DNA of 64,000 nt from Actinomycetota bacterium (GCA_046723645.1 JBKOUY010000008.1:13264-77263), one strand, 5' to 3'. Counted from the first letter of the stretch, positions 17,045 through 28,554 are shown. Numbers and translations: made by a program. The notes: generated by a model from the sequence alone, not told the origin.

Positions 17045-18238
17045 ATGAAGTTAAATGCGCCGGGAGCGGCGTGGGCGACGGCCGGCGCCACCGTGCTGGC
17101 GCCCGTCTCGTGGGGAACCACCTACATCACCATCACGGAGCTCCTTCCCGATGGCCGCCCCCTGCTCGTGGCGACCGTGCGTGTCGTCCCCGCCGGCTTG
17201 GCCTTGTTGCTCGTCGCCGCGACCCGGTCGCGCTGGCGGCCCCACGGCGCAGAATGGCGGCGCACCGCCACGCTGGCGCTGTTCAACTTCGGCATCTTCT
17301 TCCCGCTGCTCGTCGTGGCCGTCTACCGCCTGCCCGGCGGGGTGGCGGCGGCAGCCGGCGGACTGCAACCCCTCCTCGTTGCCGCCCTGTCGTGGCGGAT
17401 CGCCCGGCGCCGGCCCGCCCCGCTGGAGTTGGCGATTGGCGGTGTCGCGGCCCTGGGCGTGGGCCTGGTCGTGATCCGGCCCGGGGCGGGCCTCGACGCC
17501 GTCGGGGTGCTGGCGGCCATCGGCGCCAACGTGTCGTTCGCCGTCGGCGTGGTCCTGACGAAGCGCTTCCCGGCGCCTGCGAACCGCCTCGCCGCCACCG
17601 GCTGGCAGCTGCTCATGAGCGGGGTGATCCTCGTGCCGCTCGCCGCCATCGTCGAGGGCGCGCCGCCGCCGCTGACGGTGCGCACCGTCGCGGGGTTCAC
17701 CTACCTCAGCCTGGCCGCCACCGCACTGGCGTTCGTCCTCTGGTTCGACGGCATCCGCCGCCTGCCAACCGCCGCCCCGCCCCTCCTGGGCCTGGCGGCG
17801 CCCGTCACGGGGGCGGCACTGGGATGGGCCGTGCTCGGCCAGTCCTTGTCCCCTGTGCAGCTCACCGGGTTCGTCGTCACGCTCGCCGCCATCGGCTATG
17901 GCGCCTCACTGCCAGCGACGCCGCGCCGCCGTGCCGGGTCGAGCGGGATCAGGTCACGTGGGGCAGAACCAGTCCTCGCCCACGCCGGCGCCCGCATCGG
18001 CACCGCGCCCGTCGGGGGCGGGGAAGGGCGAGCGGAAGGTGAAAGCCTCGGGCGAGGGGCCGTGACGGCGCAGCGCCTCGAGGCGCGCCTTGGCGTCGAC
18101 CACGGTGGGAAGCGTGCCGGCCGGAATCCACCACAGCACCAGGTATGCGTCGGCGAGCCGTTCGAACCATTCGCGGCGGCGCCGCATCATGTCGCGATGC
18201 GGCGTGCGATAGGTGAACTCGGCCAGCTCCTCGAGTGA
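17045..18238 (+). CDS. EamA/DMT family transporter (with a ~100-aa stop-less tail)
   Basis: 10-TM EamA pattern (…WGTTYITITELL…, …LFNFGIFFPLLVVAVYRLPGG…, …FTYLSLAATALAFVLWFDGIRRL…). ATG 17045 sits in an AT-rich patch. There is no stop until 18238, so the 3' 285 nt overlap the convergent DUF3291 gene. Confidence 0.8.
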   Translation: MKLNAPGAAWATAGATVLAPVSWGTTYITITELLPDGRPLLVATVRVVPAGLALLLVAATRSRWRPHGAEWRRTATLALFNFGIFFPLLVVAVYRLPGGVAAAAGGLQPLLVAALSWRIARRRPAPLELAIGGVAALGVGLVVIRPGAGLDAVGVLAAIGANVSFAVGVVLTKRFPAPANRLAATGWQLLMSGVILVPLAAIVEGAPPPLTVRTVAGFTYLSLAATALAFVLWFDGIRRLPTAAPPLLGLAAPVTGAALGWAVLGQSLSPVQLTGFVVTLAAIGYGASLPATPRRRAGSSGIRSRGAEPVLAHAGARIGTAPVGGGEGRAEGESLGRGAVTAQRLEARLGVDHGGKRAGRNPPQHQVCVGEPFEPFAAAPHHVAMRRAIGELGQLLE

Positions 18239-18484
18239 CTCCCAGACGCTCATGTTCACCAGCAGCATGTCGTCGTCGAACGCCCGGATCGCCGTGGCGT
18301 CGCCGGCCTCGGTCTGGAGCCGCCAGACGAAGCCCGGTGCCTCGTCGGCCATCTGATTGACCGGCTCAAGCGCCGCCACGAACCCGGCGAGCTGCTGGGA
18401 GTCGAGCGGCGCGAGCACACGACCGATGTTGCATTGCGCGAGGTGGTAGGTGGCCGGCACTCGATCCACCCTGTCGGAGGCCAT
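17954..18484 (-). CDS. DUF3291 domain protein
   Basis: YHLAQCNIGRVLAPLDS…APGFVWRLQTE…LLVNMSVWESLEELAEFTY…HRDMMRRRREWFE…LWWIPAGTLPT…AFTF matches DUF3291. Start placed at ATG 18484. Confidence 0.85.
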   Translation of the reverse strand: MASDRVDRVPATYHLAQCNIGRVLAPLDSQQLAGFVAALEPVNQMADEAPGFVWRLQTEAGDATAIRAFDDDMLLVNMSVWESLEELAEFTYRTPHRDMMRRRREWFERLADAYLVLWWIPAGTLPTVVDAKARLEALRRHGPSPEAFTFRSPFPAPDGRGADAGAGVGEDWFCPT

Positions 18485-18489
18485 GCCGG

Positions 18490-19047
18490 TCAGGCCGGCG
18501 CCGGAGCGCCGACGCCGCCCCGGGTGATCGTCCGCTCGAGGATCCCGAGGGTGGCTCGCAGTGCGCCCTCGGAGATGATCGGGAAGATGTCGGCCTCCTT
18601 CCACACCGGGTCGATCTCGGACCAGTCGTAGTACGAGGTCACGAGCGTCCCCTCGTCGGCGGGCGCAAGCCTGTACCCGTAGATGTGGCCGATCTGGGGG
18701 CGGATCCTGCCGCGGATCGTCCACGCGATCTCGCGGTCGGGAACGAAGGTCGTGATCGCGACCGTGACGTCGTAGCGGCCCAGCGGGTAATCGTTGAGCG
18801 CCTCGCGGTCCATGTGCACCACGAAGCTGTCTCCGACGGCGGACACGGGCTCCCCCTCCGCGGACATCAGCATCCCGGAGCTGTCGATGGCGACGTGACC
18901 CTGCGGATCGCACAGCACCCGAAAGATCGTCGCCGCATCGGCCGGGATGGTGCGCTTCACTTCCATCCGCTCGACCTTCTCCTCGGCGATCGTCGCGTCG
19001 TCGGTCGTTGTCTCGTCGGTCGTCTCGGCGGTCGCCTCGTCGCTCAT
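18490..19047 (-). CDS. SRPBCC (START/polyketide cyclase-like) family protein
   Basis: Acidic N-terminus followed by an SRPBCC-like core (VKRTIPADAATIFRVLCDPQGHVAIDSSG…). Confidence 0.65.
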   Translation of the reverse strand: MSDEATAETTDETTTDDATIAEEKVERMEVKRTIPADAATIFRVLCDPQGHVAIDSSGMLMSAEGEPVSAVGDSFVVHMDREALNDYPLGRYDVTVAITTFVPDREIAWTIRGRIRPQIGHIYGYRLAPADEGTLVTSYYDWSEIDPVWKEADIFPIISEGALRATLGILERTITRGGVGAPAPA

Positions 19048-19089
19048 GCCCGCATCCTGCCACTGCGACGGTGGCGGTGCCCCCCGCCG

Positions 19090-19787
19090 TCAGCTGCCTC
19101 GGCGGGTGCAGGTGTACGTGCCGTAGGCCGAGCGGCGAAACGTGCGCTCGACGATGTCGAACCCGGTGTGATCGAGCATCGAGTCCAGCAGCCAGCTGTA
19201 CGTGCTGAACTCACCGCGCACGTGCTCGGCCAGCTCGTCGGCCGTCCAGCCGGCAGCCGGGTCGCTCACGGCGCCCGACAGCCACGCCTCGATGCGTTCC
19301 TCGGCCTCGTGGGGCGAAAAATCGAATATCAGATCACGCAATCGCAGCGTGCCGTGGGGACGGAGGAACGACGCGACCCGCTCGAGCGCGATTCCCTTCC
19401 AGAAGTCCGGTAGCTGGTGGAGCGCGTTGCGCGTGAACACCACGTCCGCCGGCTCGCGGTCGTGGACGTAGGACAGAAAGCCGGCGTCCACAACGGTCAC
19501 GTTGTCGAGCCCGATGTGCGCGACCCGCGCGCGGATCGCCGCCGTCATGGCGCTCGAGACGTCCACCGCGACGACCTGACGACAGAAGGGCGCCACCGCC
19601 ACGGCGAAGGTCCCCGTGCCCGCCCCAGGTCGACGACCAGCGAGTCGGGACCGAGGTCACGCTGCCGGAGCACCTCTACGTCCTCGGTTGGATCGAACCC
19701 TGCCTTGCGGTCATACCCGGCCACGTAGCCGGCGTCGAGGTGCTCCTGGCCTGCGTGTGCCCGCTCGTCCAGCCACCAGGGCTTCAT
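19090..19787 (-). pseudogene. Class I SAM-dependent methyltransferase, frameshifted in motif I
   Basis: ORF 19545..19787 ends …LGPDSLVVDLGRARGPSPW. ORF 19090..19602 begins MAVAPFCRQVVAVDVS… Adding one G to the run at 19624-19627 (plus-strand cccc) restores VVDLGAGTGTFAVAVAPFCRQVVAVDVS. Confidence 0.75.
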
Positions 19788-19811
19788 CTGTCGGACCTCC
19801 TGTTCGCGTTC

Positions 19812-19836
19812 AGGCCCCGGCCGAGGGCCGGGGCCT
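19812..19836. other. Perfect 11-bp GC hairpin (aggccccggcc-gag-ggccggggcct) in a divergent intergenic region
   Basis: Direct reading. It is followed by TTT on the plus strand and lies 25 nt upstream of the methyltransferase start. No plus-strand gene ends nearby. Confidence 0.5.
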
Positions 19837-20007
19837 TTGGCGATTATGGGGCTCGGACGGGTTTGGGCGCGCCGGCGTCAAGGGTTCGCTGCGCCGGCCT
19901 GCGGCCGCCCTTGACCCCGGCGCGGCGGTGGTCGTTCGCCCCCGAAATGTGGTGTGAGCTGGGGTTTTGGCTTGATTTGGGCATGCGAACAGGTGTACGA
20001 TGTCGGG

Positions 20008-21190
20008 GTGTTCGAGAAGCTGGGGGACGCGATCGAGGGGCTTGACATCCCCGCCGACGGCGCCGCCCTGGCCGCCGTGGTGGCCTTGCGGGACCAGCTC
20101 GACGCCCCCATCAGCGACGCCGTTGCCGACTGCGACCGGGCCGGGTTGTGGGAGCGCGATGGCGCCACGTCGATGACCGCCTGGCTCGTCGACCACGCCC
20201 GCATGCCCCGCCCGCGCGCCGCGGCAACGACAGTGCGGGCCCGCAAGCTCGCCCAGCTGCCGGTCACCGCCGCCGCGTGGCGGGACGGGACGCTATCGAC
20301 CGGCCAGGTCGAGGCGATCGCGGCCAACCTCGACCCCGACACGGTGGGGCTGTTCGCGGAGCACGAAGCGGTGATGGTGCCCACCCTGGTCGACCTGTCG
20401 ATCCGGGATGTCGCGGTGGCGATGGGGGCGTGGCGGGAGTGCGCCACCGCCGAGCGCGACCCCAAACCCGAACCCGCCCACGCGCTGCACCTGTCCCGGA
20501 CACTGGGCGGCCGCTGGCGGCTCGACGCCAACCTCGGTCCCGAGGGCGGCGAACTGCTCGCCACCGCCCTGCGTCTCGCCCACAGCCCCGACGCCGAGGA
20601 CGAAGCGGCCCGTAGCGCGGCCACCCGAAGGGCCAACGCCCTCACCGACATCTGCCGGCACTTCCTCGACCACCAACAGACCCGCCGCGGCGGCCGCCAC
20701 CGCCCCCACATCAACCTGGTCCTCGACATCGAGCGCTTCCGGGCGTTGAGCGGTGGGGCCAGCAGCGTCGACGGCACCAGCCTCGACCGCACCACCGTCG
20801 AACGGTTCCTGTGCGACGCCGCCCTGCACCGGGTGCTCACCCCGGGGCCGCTCCGCCATCGTCGATTACGGCACCGCCACCCGCACCATCCCCGCCCCAC
20901 TGTTCAACGCCCTCGTCGTGCGCGACCGGCGCTGCCGCTTCCCGGGCTGTGACCGGCCCGCCGCCTGGTGCGAAGGCCACCACGTCCGCCCCTGGCTCGT
21001 CGGCGGACCGACACAGCTCCCGAACCTCGCCCTGCTGTGCTCCCGGCACCACCACCTCCTCCACAAACCCGGCTGGCACGCCAAGCTCCGACCCGACGCC
21101 ACCCTCGAGGTGACTGACCCCCGAGGCCGAGTCCACACCAGCCACCCACCCGGCCCCGGCCGGGCACCCCCGCTACCGCTCCTTGAATGA
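20008..21190 (+). pseudogene. DUF222/HNH endonuclease (REP13E12-like), frameshifted
   Basis: ORF 19954..20952 carries the DUF222 region (…TSMTAWLVDHARM…LSTGQVEAIA…LCDAALHRVLT). ORF 20753..21190 carries the HNH part (GRSAIVDYGTATRTIPAPLFNALVVRDRRCRFPGCDRPAAWCEGHHVRPW…LLCSRHHHLLH). The frames switch at the ccccgggg run, 20840-20847. Confidence 0.75.
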
Positions 21191-21270
21191 CGTCACCCGA
21201 TCCGGCCCATCGCCCTCTTGACTAGCGGGTCAGGAAACTGGAATCGGGCCAGATCTAGACTCGCTCCAGC

Positions 21271-24079
<2,809 letters not shown>

Positions 24080-24089
24080 TCGACGTCAC

Positions 24090-24128
24090 GGTTTGGTGAC
24101 CGGCTCAGGTCGAGCCGGTCACCAAGCC
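24090..24128 (+). terminator. 17-bp hairpin downstream of katG (no U-tract)
   Basis: ggtttggtgaccggctc / aggtc / gagccggtcaccaagcc with one G-U pair. It starts 11 nt after the katG stop and ends 12 nt before the next GTG start. Confidence 0.6.
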
Positions 24129-24139
24129 GCCGACTCGGC

Positions 24140-24904
24140 GTGAGCACCAACGAGCACCGCGTGTCGCGATCGCAGAACTTCGTCGACTACGAGCGCGTCG
24201 CCGCGCGCTACCAGCAAGGCCGCGCGCTGGCTGCGGACGTGCTCGAGCGCTGGCGCGAGGCGGTCGTGCCTTACCTGGCCACGGGACCGATCCGGGTCGC
24301 CGACGTGGGCGCCGGCACCGGCATATTCGCGGCCGCCTGGCCGCGGTGGACGGACGCATCCGTGGTGGCCGTCGAACCGGCCCCGGCGATGGCCGCAGCA
24401 GGGGGTGTGGACGACAGGGACGTCGGCTATGTGCGGGCCACGGCCGAGGCCCTGCCCGTGCGCGACGGCAGCGTGGACGTCGTCTGGGTGTCGACGGCGC
24501 TCCACCACTTTGCCGACGTGGACCAGGCGGCGCGGGAGTTCGCCCGGGTCCTCGCACCCGACGGGCGTGTGCTCGTGCGTACCCTCGCGCCCGGCAGGTC
24601 CGAGATCACTTGGGTGGACCAGTTCCCGGGCCGAGCCAAGTGGGAGGCCCGGTGCTACACGGAGCCGCAGCTCGTCGAGATCCTCGGCCCCCACGGCTTC
24701 GACCTCGTCGACGCCGTCGAGGTGCTCGAGGGCACCGAGAGCTTCGCCAAGTCCGCCGACTGGGTGGAGCGGATGAGGCACGCCGACTCGATGCTCACGG
24801 CCCTGAGCGACGCGGAGGTCGCCGAGGGCCTGAACCGACTCCGCTCCACGCCCACGAGGATGGGCCGCCTGGAGCTGTCGCTGTTCGTCTTCCAGCAGGG
24901 GTGA
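24140..24904 (+). CDS. Class I SAM-dependent methyltransferase
   Basis: Motif I VADVGAGTGIFAAAW. Further motifs VVAVEPAPAM and LPVRDGSVDVVWVSTALHHF. Confidence 0.85.
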   Translation: MSTNEHRVSRSQNFVDYERVAARYQQGRALAADVLERWREAVVPYLATGPIRVADVGAGTGIFAAAWPRWTDASVVAVEPAPAMAAAGGVDDRDVGYVRATAEALPVRDGSVDVVWVSTALHHFADVDQAAREFARVLAPDGRVLVRTLAPGRSEITWVDQFPGRAKWEARCYTEPQLVEILGPHGFDLVDAVEVLEGTESFAKSADWVERMRHADSMLTALSDAEVAEGLNRLRSTPTRMGRLELSLFVFQQG

Positions 24905-24908
24905 CCGG

Positions 24909-25553
24909 TCAGGCGCGGACCAGCAGCGCAACGAGCGCGAAGTGGCAGGCGTTGGCGCCGACCACGAACGTGTGCCACACCTCGTGGTACCCGAAGATCG
25001 CAGGGTGCGGGTCGGGACGCTTGCAGGCGAGCACGACGGCACCGACGGTGTACAGGACACCGCCGACGACGAGCAGGGCCAGCTCCGGGGCCGACAGCAC
25101 ATGCACCAGCTGGGGTGTCGCCACGATGGCGAGCCAGCCGAGCACGAGGTACATGACGAAGCCCAGGGCGTGCCACCGCTCGAGCCGGAGGACCGTCACC
25201 AGCACGCCGACGGCAGCGCCGCTCCACGCCAGGACGAGCAGCGTGATCCCCCAGGCCGGTCGGAGCGCCAGCACCGCGACCGGCGTGTACGTGCCGGCGA
25301 TGAACACGAAGATCATCGAGTGGTCCAGGTGCTTCATGAGCCGCCGGGCTCCGGCCGACCACTGACCGACGTGATAGGCGGCGCTCACGCCGTACAAGCC
25401 GGTGAGGGTCGCAGCGAAGATGACGGCCGCCACCCGGGCTGCGGTCGCCCGAGCGACCCCCACGAGCGCGAGACCGGCAGGGATCGAAACGAAGAAGGCA
25501 ACCTGGTGGAGGCGTCCCCGCAGCTTCGGCGTGACCAGACCGGTCGGAACCAT
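24909..25553 (-). CDS. Hemolysin III / PAQR family membrane protein
   Basis: 7-TM protein with PAQR motifs (…SAAYH…, LDHSMIFVFIAGTYTP, …GYHEVWHTFVV…). Confidence 0.9.
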   Translation of the reverse strand: MVPTGLVTPKLRGRLHQVAFFVSIPAGLALVGVARATAARVAAVIFAATLTGLYGVSAAYHVGQWSAGARRLMKHLDHSMIFVFIAGTYTPVAVLALRPAWGITLLVLAWSGAAVGVLVTVLRLERWHALGFVMYLVLGWLAIVATPQLVHVLSAPELALLVVGGVLYTVGAVVLACKRPDPHPAIFGYHEVWHTFVVGANACHFALVALLVRA

Positions 25554-25609
25554 CGCCGCACTCTAGGCGGGCGTCGCCGCTTTGTGACCGCGACGACGCC
25601 CGGCTCCGA

Positions 25610-26110
25610 TCAGGCCCTGATGAGGCTTCCGTCGGGGGCCACGGCGAACCACACGCCGCCGGAGCCCTGCCCATTGGTGTCGCCGGGCGCGGCGTCACCG
25701 GCGAACCGGTACAGCGGCCAGTCGCCGGCGGCGAGCTGGAACGTGCCGTCAGAACGTTCGACGACGCTGAAGACGCTGGGATCCAGGCCCGCAGGAAGGT
25801 CGCGAGAGTCGACGGTGAGCGGCGGCCAGGCGTCTGCGCACGCCCCGTCGCAAGTCGGCGTGCCGCCGATGTCGTCGGTGAGCCCGTAGAGGGTGAGCCC
25901 CTCGCCGTCCACTAGGACCGTGCCGAGGCCGGTGTCGGCCTGGCCGACGGGCGCCGCATCCGCGGCTGCCTCGGAGGTCGCTCCCCCGCCGCTGGTGTCA
26001 CCGGCGGCGGACGATTGGTCGGAGCCGTAGCCACCCCCACAGGCGGCCAGCGCCAGCGCCGCTGCTCCGACGCCGATGATCGCCCTGGTTCTGATCGCGT
26101 TCTTTCGCAT
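25610..26110 (-). CDS. Lipoprotein with a COG4315-type 'secreted repeat' domain
   Basis: Signal peptide with lipobox ALALAAC. Repeat-type motifs LTLYGLTDD…CDGACADAWPPL… and WPLYRFAGDAAPGDTNGQG. AAGGAG RBS. Confidence 0.8.
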   Translation of the reverse strand: MRKNAIRTRAIIGVGAAALALAACGGGYGSDQSSAAGDTSGGGATSEAAADAAPVGQADTGLGTVLVDGEGLTLYGLTDDIGGTPTCDGACADAWPPLTVDSRDLPAGLDPSVFSVVERSDGTFQLAAGDWPLYRFAGDAAPGDTNGQGSGGVWFAVAPDGSLIRA

Positions 26111-26244
26111 GGTTTGTACTCCTTGATGGCGGTCTTGCGGTCGCCCGCCTCTACGCCCCCGACCGGTCCGCCGGTTCGCGGATTCCCCGACCGCGCTCGA
26201 ATCCGCGCGCCGCGATCAGGCCGCCTGCGGCAACATGGAGGCGC

Positions 26245-26790
26245 ATGGCGGGTCCCGACGAACGCGACTTGGCCGAGCGCTTCGCAGCCGGTGACGAGGA
26301 CGCAGTTCGAGCGATCTACGCGCGCTACGCCGGGCCCATCCTCACCGTGGCGATGGGCACGCTGGCCAAGCGCGAGCTCGCCGACGAGGCCGTCCAGACG
26401 ACGATGCTCAAGGCCTGGCGAGGGGCCGCGTCGTTCGACCCGTCGCGTGAGCTCGCGCCCTGGCTCTACGCCATCGCCCGGCGCGTCGCCATCGACATCT
26501 ACCGGCGCGAGAGGCGTGCCGCCGAACCCGGCGAGCTCAGCGACGACCAGGTCGCCGTGGTCCCCTTGTCGTTCGAGCGCACGTGGGAGGCGTGGGAGGT
26601 GCGTTCCGCCCTCGGCGAGCTTCCACCCGACGAACGCGAGGTCGTCCGGCTGGCGCACTTCGTCGGCATGACGCACGCCGAGATCGCCGAGCATCTGGGC
26701 GTGCCGATCGGAACGGTGAAGTCCCGATCCAACCGCGCCCATCGCCGATTGGCCGCACTGCTGGCGCACGTGGTCAGGGCGACGGAGTGA
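26245..26790 (+). CDS. ECF sigma factor (SigK-like group)
   Basis: Region 2 DEAVQTTMLKAWRGAASFDPSRELAPWLYAIARRVAIDIYRRE. Region 4 LPPDEREVVRLAHFVGMTHAEIAEHLGVPIGTVKSRSNRAHRRL. Confidence 0.9.
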   Translation: MAGPDERDLAERFAAGDEDAVRAIYARYAGPILTVAMGTLAKRELADEAVQTTMLKAWRGAASFDPSRELAPWLYAIARRVAIDIYRRERRAAEPGELSDDQVAVVPLSFERTWEAWEVRSALGELPPDEREVVRLAHFVGMTHAEIAEHLGVPIGTVKSRSNRAHRRLAALLAHVVRATE

Positions 26791-26791
26791 C

Positions 26792-27538
26792 GTGCGTCAT
26801 GCTTTCGCGAACCAAATGGTGTTCGATGTCGTACTGGGCATTGCCTTCGAACCTCGAACAACAGGTGCCATTGGTGTGAACGAGGACGAGTTCGCCGACT
26901 TCCTCGAGGACGGCCACCGCGGCGTGGGCCAGGGTGACGAGTCGACACGTGACACCGCCGTTCGGTTCCGTGACCTGCTCGCGGACGACGCGGTGTGGGC
27001 CGAGCCGTCGCCCACCGGCGTCGACGACCTGCTGGCGGCCATCGACGCGGAGTCCCGGGCCGAAGCGGCTGCCGGCGCGGCGACGGCTCGTCCCGCGCAT
27101 TCCCGGCGCCGGAGCCGCCGTCTGATGCTCGTGGCGGTGGCTGCCGGGGTCGTCGTCCTGGCGGGGGTCGTCGGCGTCCTGGTCCGATCCCCTGACGACG
27201 ACGCCAGCCGGACCTTCGCCGTTGCCGGCACCGAGCTCGCGCCGGACGCGTCCGCCGTCGCAACCGTTGAGGAAACCGGTTCGGGCGTCGCCATCGAGCT
27301 CGACGTGAGCGGCCTGCCTCCGGCAGAGCCCGGCACGTACTACCAGGCCTGGGTGAAGGGGCCCGAGGGACTCGTCACGGTGGGGACGTTCCACATGCGC
27401 GGCGGCGACGACCACGTCGATCTGTGGTCCGGGGTGCCGCTCGACCGCTACCCCACGCTCACGGTCACCCTGCAGCAGGAAGGCGGAGGCCAGGATTCGT
27501 CGGGGCAGGTTGTCCTGTCCGGCGACACCCACGGCTAG
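26792..27538 (+). CDS. Anti-sigma factor with RskA-type extracytoplasmic domain
   Basis: GTG lies 1 nt after the sigma stop. Single TM (LMLVAVAAGVVVLAGVVGVLV). C-terminal RskA-like region (…TYYQAWVKGPEGLVTVGTF…TLTVTLQQEGG). GTG 26876 is an alternative start. Confidence 0.75.
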   Translation: MRHAFANQMVFDVVLGIAFEPRTTGAIGVNEDEFADFLEDGHRGVGQGDESTRDTAVRFRDLLADDAVWAEPSPTGVDDLLAAIDAESRAEAAAGAATARPAHSRRRSRRLMLVAVAAGVVVLAGVVGVLVRSPDDDASRTFAVAGTELAPDASAVATVEETGSGVAIELDVSGLPPAEPGTYYQAWVKGPEGLVTVGTFHMRGGDDHVDLWSGVPLDRYPTLTVTLQQEGGGQDSSGQVVLSGDTHG

Positions 27539-27594
27539 CGCGCGCTCACCAAAGATTGGACAGTCCGCCCGCGGACGCCGGTACCGTCTGCCCG

Positions 27595-28554
27595 ATGACC
27601 GGCAAGAGCGGCGAAGACTCCCGGGACGGCGTGTCATTGACCAACCTCGACCAGCCGTTGTTCGACGAGGCGGGAGCGACCAAGCGGGACCTGGTGGACT
27701 ACCTCGATGGGGTGCGCGACCGGATCATCCCGGTGCTGGCGGACCGGCCCCTGTCGGTGATCCGCGTCCACCGCGGCCAGGAGGCGTTCATGCAGAAGAA
27801 CGTCCCGAAGTACACCCCGTCCTGGGTGCCGACGGTCCGGATGTGGGCCGAGGCCTCGAAGCGGGACGTGTCCTACGCGCTGTGCAACGACCGCCGCACC
27901 CTCCTGTGGTTCGCCAACCAACGCGCCGTCGAATACCACCCTGCCCTGTCGCTCGCCGATCGTCCCGACCGCATCACCCATCTCGTGCTCGACCTCGACC
28001 CGCCCGGCGGCGACGGGTTCTCGATGGCCGTCCGGACGGCCCACCTGGTTCGCCAAGCGCTGTCCGAGCTGGGCCTCGAAGGTGCGGTCAAGACCAGCGG
28101 CGCAAAGGGGGTGCACGTGTTCGTGCCGATCGACGCCGAGCCGGCTCCGGAGGACTCCGCCGCCGCCACCCGGGCCATCGCGGCGCGAGCCGAACGGCTC
28201 GACCCGTCGATCGCCACCACGGCCTTCATGAAGGAGGACCGCGGCGGCAAGGTGTTCGTCGACTCCACCCGTGTCGGCGGCGCCACGGTGATCTCGGCCT
28301 ACAGCCCGCGGGTCCGACCGGGCGTGCCCGTGTCCTTCCCCGTGGGCTGGGACGAGCTCGACGACGTCACGCCCGCCGACTTCACCGTGCACACCGCGCC
28401 TCAACAGCTAGGCGACCGTGACCCTTGGGCCACGCACATGCCGGCGCCACAGCGGCTGCCAGCCGACCTGATCGAGGAGGGCCACGGTATCCCGGTGGCG
28501 CGGGTGCAGGCCATGCACGAGGGCAAGCGCCGCAGCCGCGCCCGCCGGAGCTAG
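27595..28554 (+). CDS. Stand-alone LigD-type polymerase/primase (NHEJ PolDom) protein
   Basis: …VSLTNLDQPLFDEAGATKRDLVDYL…LLWFANQRAVEYHP…LVLDLDPP…VKTSGAKGVHVFVPI…KVFVDSTRVGGATVISAYSPR… There is no ligase or nuclease domain, and no ku gene nearby. Confidence 0.85.
   Translation: MTGKSGEDSRDGVSLTNLDQPLFDEAGATKRDLVDYLDGVRDRIIPVLADRPLSVIRVHRGQEAFMQKNVPKYTPSWVPTVRMWAEASKRDVSYALCNDRRTLLWFANQRAVEYHPALSLADRPDRITHLVLDLDPPGGDGFSMAVRTAHLVRQALSELGLEGAVKTSGAKGVHVFVPIDAEPAPEDSAAATRAIAARAERLDPSIATTAFMKEDRGGKVFVDSTRVGGATVISAYSPRVRPGVPVSFPVGWDELDDVTPADFTVHTAPQQLGDRDPWATHMPAPQRLPADLIEEGHGIPVARVQAMHEGKRRSRARRS

Noticed and set aside
17000-17045. AT-rich patch (taatagtctcaagattaagataacgaacatgaagttaaat) between marR and eamA, considered as a MarR operator.
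   Set aside because: It is clearly a promoter-like, AT-rich divergent region. I found only short direct repeats (AAGAT x2) and no convincing dyad, so I call no specific site.
21218-21260. TTGACT (21218-21223) and TAGACT (21255-21260) hexamers upstream of furA, considered as a -35/-10 pair.
   Set aside because: They are 31 nt apart, so they are not a canonical pair. TAGACT alone, 10 nt before the ATG, could be the -10 of a leaderless or short-leader transcript, but this cannot be supported from sequence alone.
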